Below are positions 62,090 to 64,000 of a stretch of DNA of 64,000 nucleotides, one piece after another. The notes under the pieces were generated by a model. It had not been told where the DNA came from and ran no database searches. It saw only the letters and a program-made list of their open reading frames with translations. This stretch comes from Macrostomum hystrix. Lineage: Eukaryota > Animalia > Platyhelminthes. The stretch spans positions 1,116,001 through 1,180,000 of the forward strand of contig CATNEN010000029.1 in assembly GCA_950097015.1 (NCBI GenBank). Reading direction: 5' to 3'. Each line of letters begins with the position of its first letter. Position 1 is the first letter of the stretch. A program made the position numbers and the translations under genes.

Positions 62090-63775
62090 CTGTCTGAGGG
62101 ATGGCAACAGAGACCATCACTGAACTGTCTGAGGGAGGGCAGCAGTGACCCATCACTGAACTGTCTGAGGGATGGCAGCAGTGACCATCACTGAACTGTC
62201 TGAGGGATGGCATCAGAGACCAATCACTGAACTGTCTGAGGGAGGGCAGCAGAGACCATCACTGAACTGTCTGAGGGAGGGCAGCAGAGACCATCACTGA
62301 ACTGTCTGAGGGAGGGCAGCAGAGACCATCACAGAACTGTCTGAGGGAGGGCAGCAGAGACCATCACTGAACTGTCTGAGGGATGGCAGCAGAGACCATC
62401 ACTGAACTGTCTGAGGGAGGGCAGCAGAGACCATCACTGAACTGTCTGAGGGAGGGCAGCAGAGACCATCACTGAACTGTCTGAGGGATGGCAGCAGTGA
62501 CCATCACTGAACTGTCTGAGGGATGGCATCAGAGACCAATCACTGAACTGTCTGAGGGAGGGCAGCAGAGACCATCACTGAACTGTCTGAGGGAGGGCAG
62601 CAGAGACCATCACTGAACTGTCTGAGGGAGGGCAGCAGAGACCATCACTGAACTGTCTGAGGGAGGGCAGCAGAGACCATCACTGAACTGTCTGAGGGAG
62701 GGCAGCAGAGACCATCACTGAACTGTCTGAGGGAGGGCAGCAGAGACCATCACTGAACTGTCTGAGGGAGGGCAGCAGAGACCATCACTGAACTGTCTGA
62801 GGGATGGCAGCAGAGACCATCACTGAACTGTCTGAGGGAGGGCAGCAGAGACCATCACTGAACTGTCTGAGGGAGGGCAGCAGTGACCATCACTGAACTG
62901 TCTGAGGGATGGCATCAGAGACCATCACTGAACTGTCTGAGGGATGGCATCAGAGACCATCACTGAACTGTCTGAGGGAGGGCAGCAGAGACCATCACTG
63001 AACTGTCTGAGGGAGGGCAGCAGTGACCATCACTGAACTGTCTGAGGGATGGCATCAGAGACCAATCACTGAACTGTCTGAGGGAGGGCAGCAGAGACCA
63101 TCACTGAACTGTCTGAGGGATGGCAGCAGTGACCATCACTGAACTGTCTGAGGGATGGCATCAGAGACCAATCACTGAACTGTCTGAGGGAGGGCAGCAG
63201 AGACCATCACTGAACTGTCTGAGGGAGGGCAGCAGAGACCATCACTGAACTGTCTGAGGGAGGGCAGCAGAGACCATCACTGAACTGTCTGAGGGAGGGC
63301 AGCAGAGACCATCACTGAACTGTCTGAGGGAGGGCAGCAGAGACCATCACTGAACTGTCTGAGGGAGGGCAGCAGAGACCATCACTGAACTGTCTGAGGG
63401 AGGGCAGCAGAGACCATCACTGAACTGTCTGAGGGATGGCAGCAGAGACCATCACTGAACTGTCTGAGGGAGGGCAGCAGAGACCATCACTGAACTGTCT
63501 GAGGGAGGGCAGCAGTGACCATCACTGAACTGTCTGAGGGATGGCATCAGAGACCATCACTGAACTGTCTGAGGGATGGCATCAGAGACCATCACTGAAC
63601 TGTCTGAGGGAGGGCAGCAGAGACCATCACTGAACTGTCTGAGGGAGGGCAGCAGTGACCATCACTGAACTGTCTGAGGGATGGCATCAGAGACCAATCA
63701 CTGAACTGTCTGAGGGAGGGCAGCAGAGACCATCACTGAACTGTCTGAGGGAGGGCAGCAGAGACCATCACTGAA
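62090..63775. repeat. 35-bp minisatellite
   Basis: Unit CATCACTGAACTGTCTGAGGGAGGGCAGCAGAGAC. Confidence 0.97.
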
Positions 63776-64000
63776 GTACTGTTGAGATATAAACTTATAA
63801 AACGAGAAGCAAACGTTTTCTAGTCATTGTAAAATCTAGTCGCTGATAAAAAAAGCCTTTAGAATAAAAATGAATCGGTTGAATAATTGAAGCGAATTCG
63901 ATAGAAACAAGCAGAACAAGCCACAGCACACCAAACTAATTGCAGGTGACAAAAGCCACACAGACTAGGTTTGTGTGCAGATTCAATTCAATAAAGAGAT

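Overview
Eukaryotic (metazoan) genomic DNA, not prokaryotic. GC-rich exons sit in AT-rich introns packed with minisatellites and tRNA-derived SINEs. This pattern resembles the flatworm Macrostomum lignano (inference, not confirmed by a search). I reconstructed eight spliced genes by hand from GT/AG junctions and phase continuity: (1) a full-length ABCB1/P-glycoprotein-type transporter (+, 5' exon missing); (2) a canonical Rab7 (-); (3) a divergent tandem Rab7 paralog (-); (4) an M3A oligopeptidase-A homolog with a mitochondrial-type presequence that has lost the HExxH zinc motif (-); (5) a LicD/fukutin-family type II membrane protein (+); (6) a secreted IL-17-like cystine-knot protein with no ATG in its exon (-); (7) ZC3H15/DFRP1 (+); (8) a PDZ-only, Q-rich scaffold (+). 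Also present are a decayed Ty3/Gypsy pol, a possible LINE relic, two SINE families (one carrying a CORE domain, one carrying a conserved hairpin) and about 30 tandem arrays, including a 5.3-kb 20-bp satellite with higher-order structure. No supportable rRNA, true tRNA or CRISPR array. The most interesting candidates are the mitochondrial M3 pseudo-peptidase, the IL-17-like cytokine that may take its start codon from the spliced leader, and the divergent Rab7 paralog.
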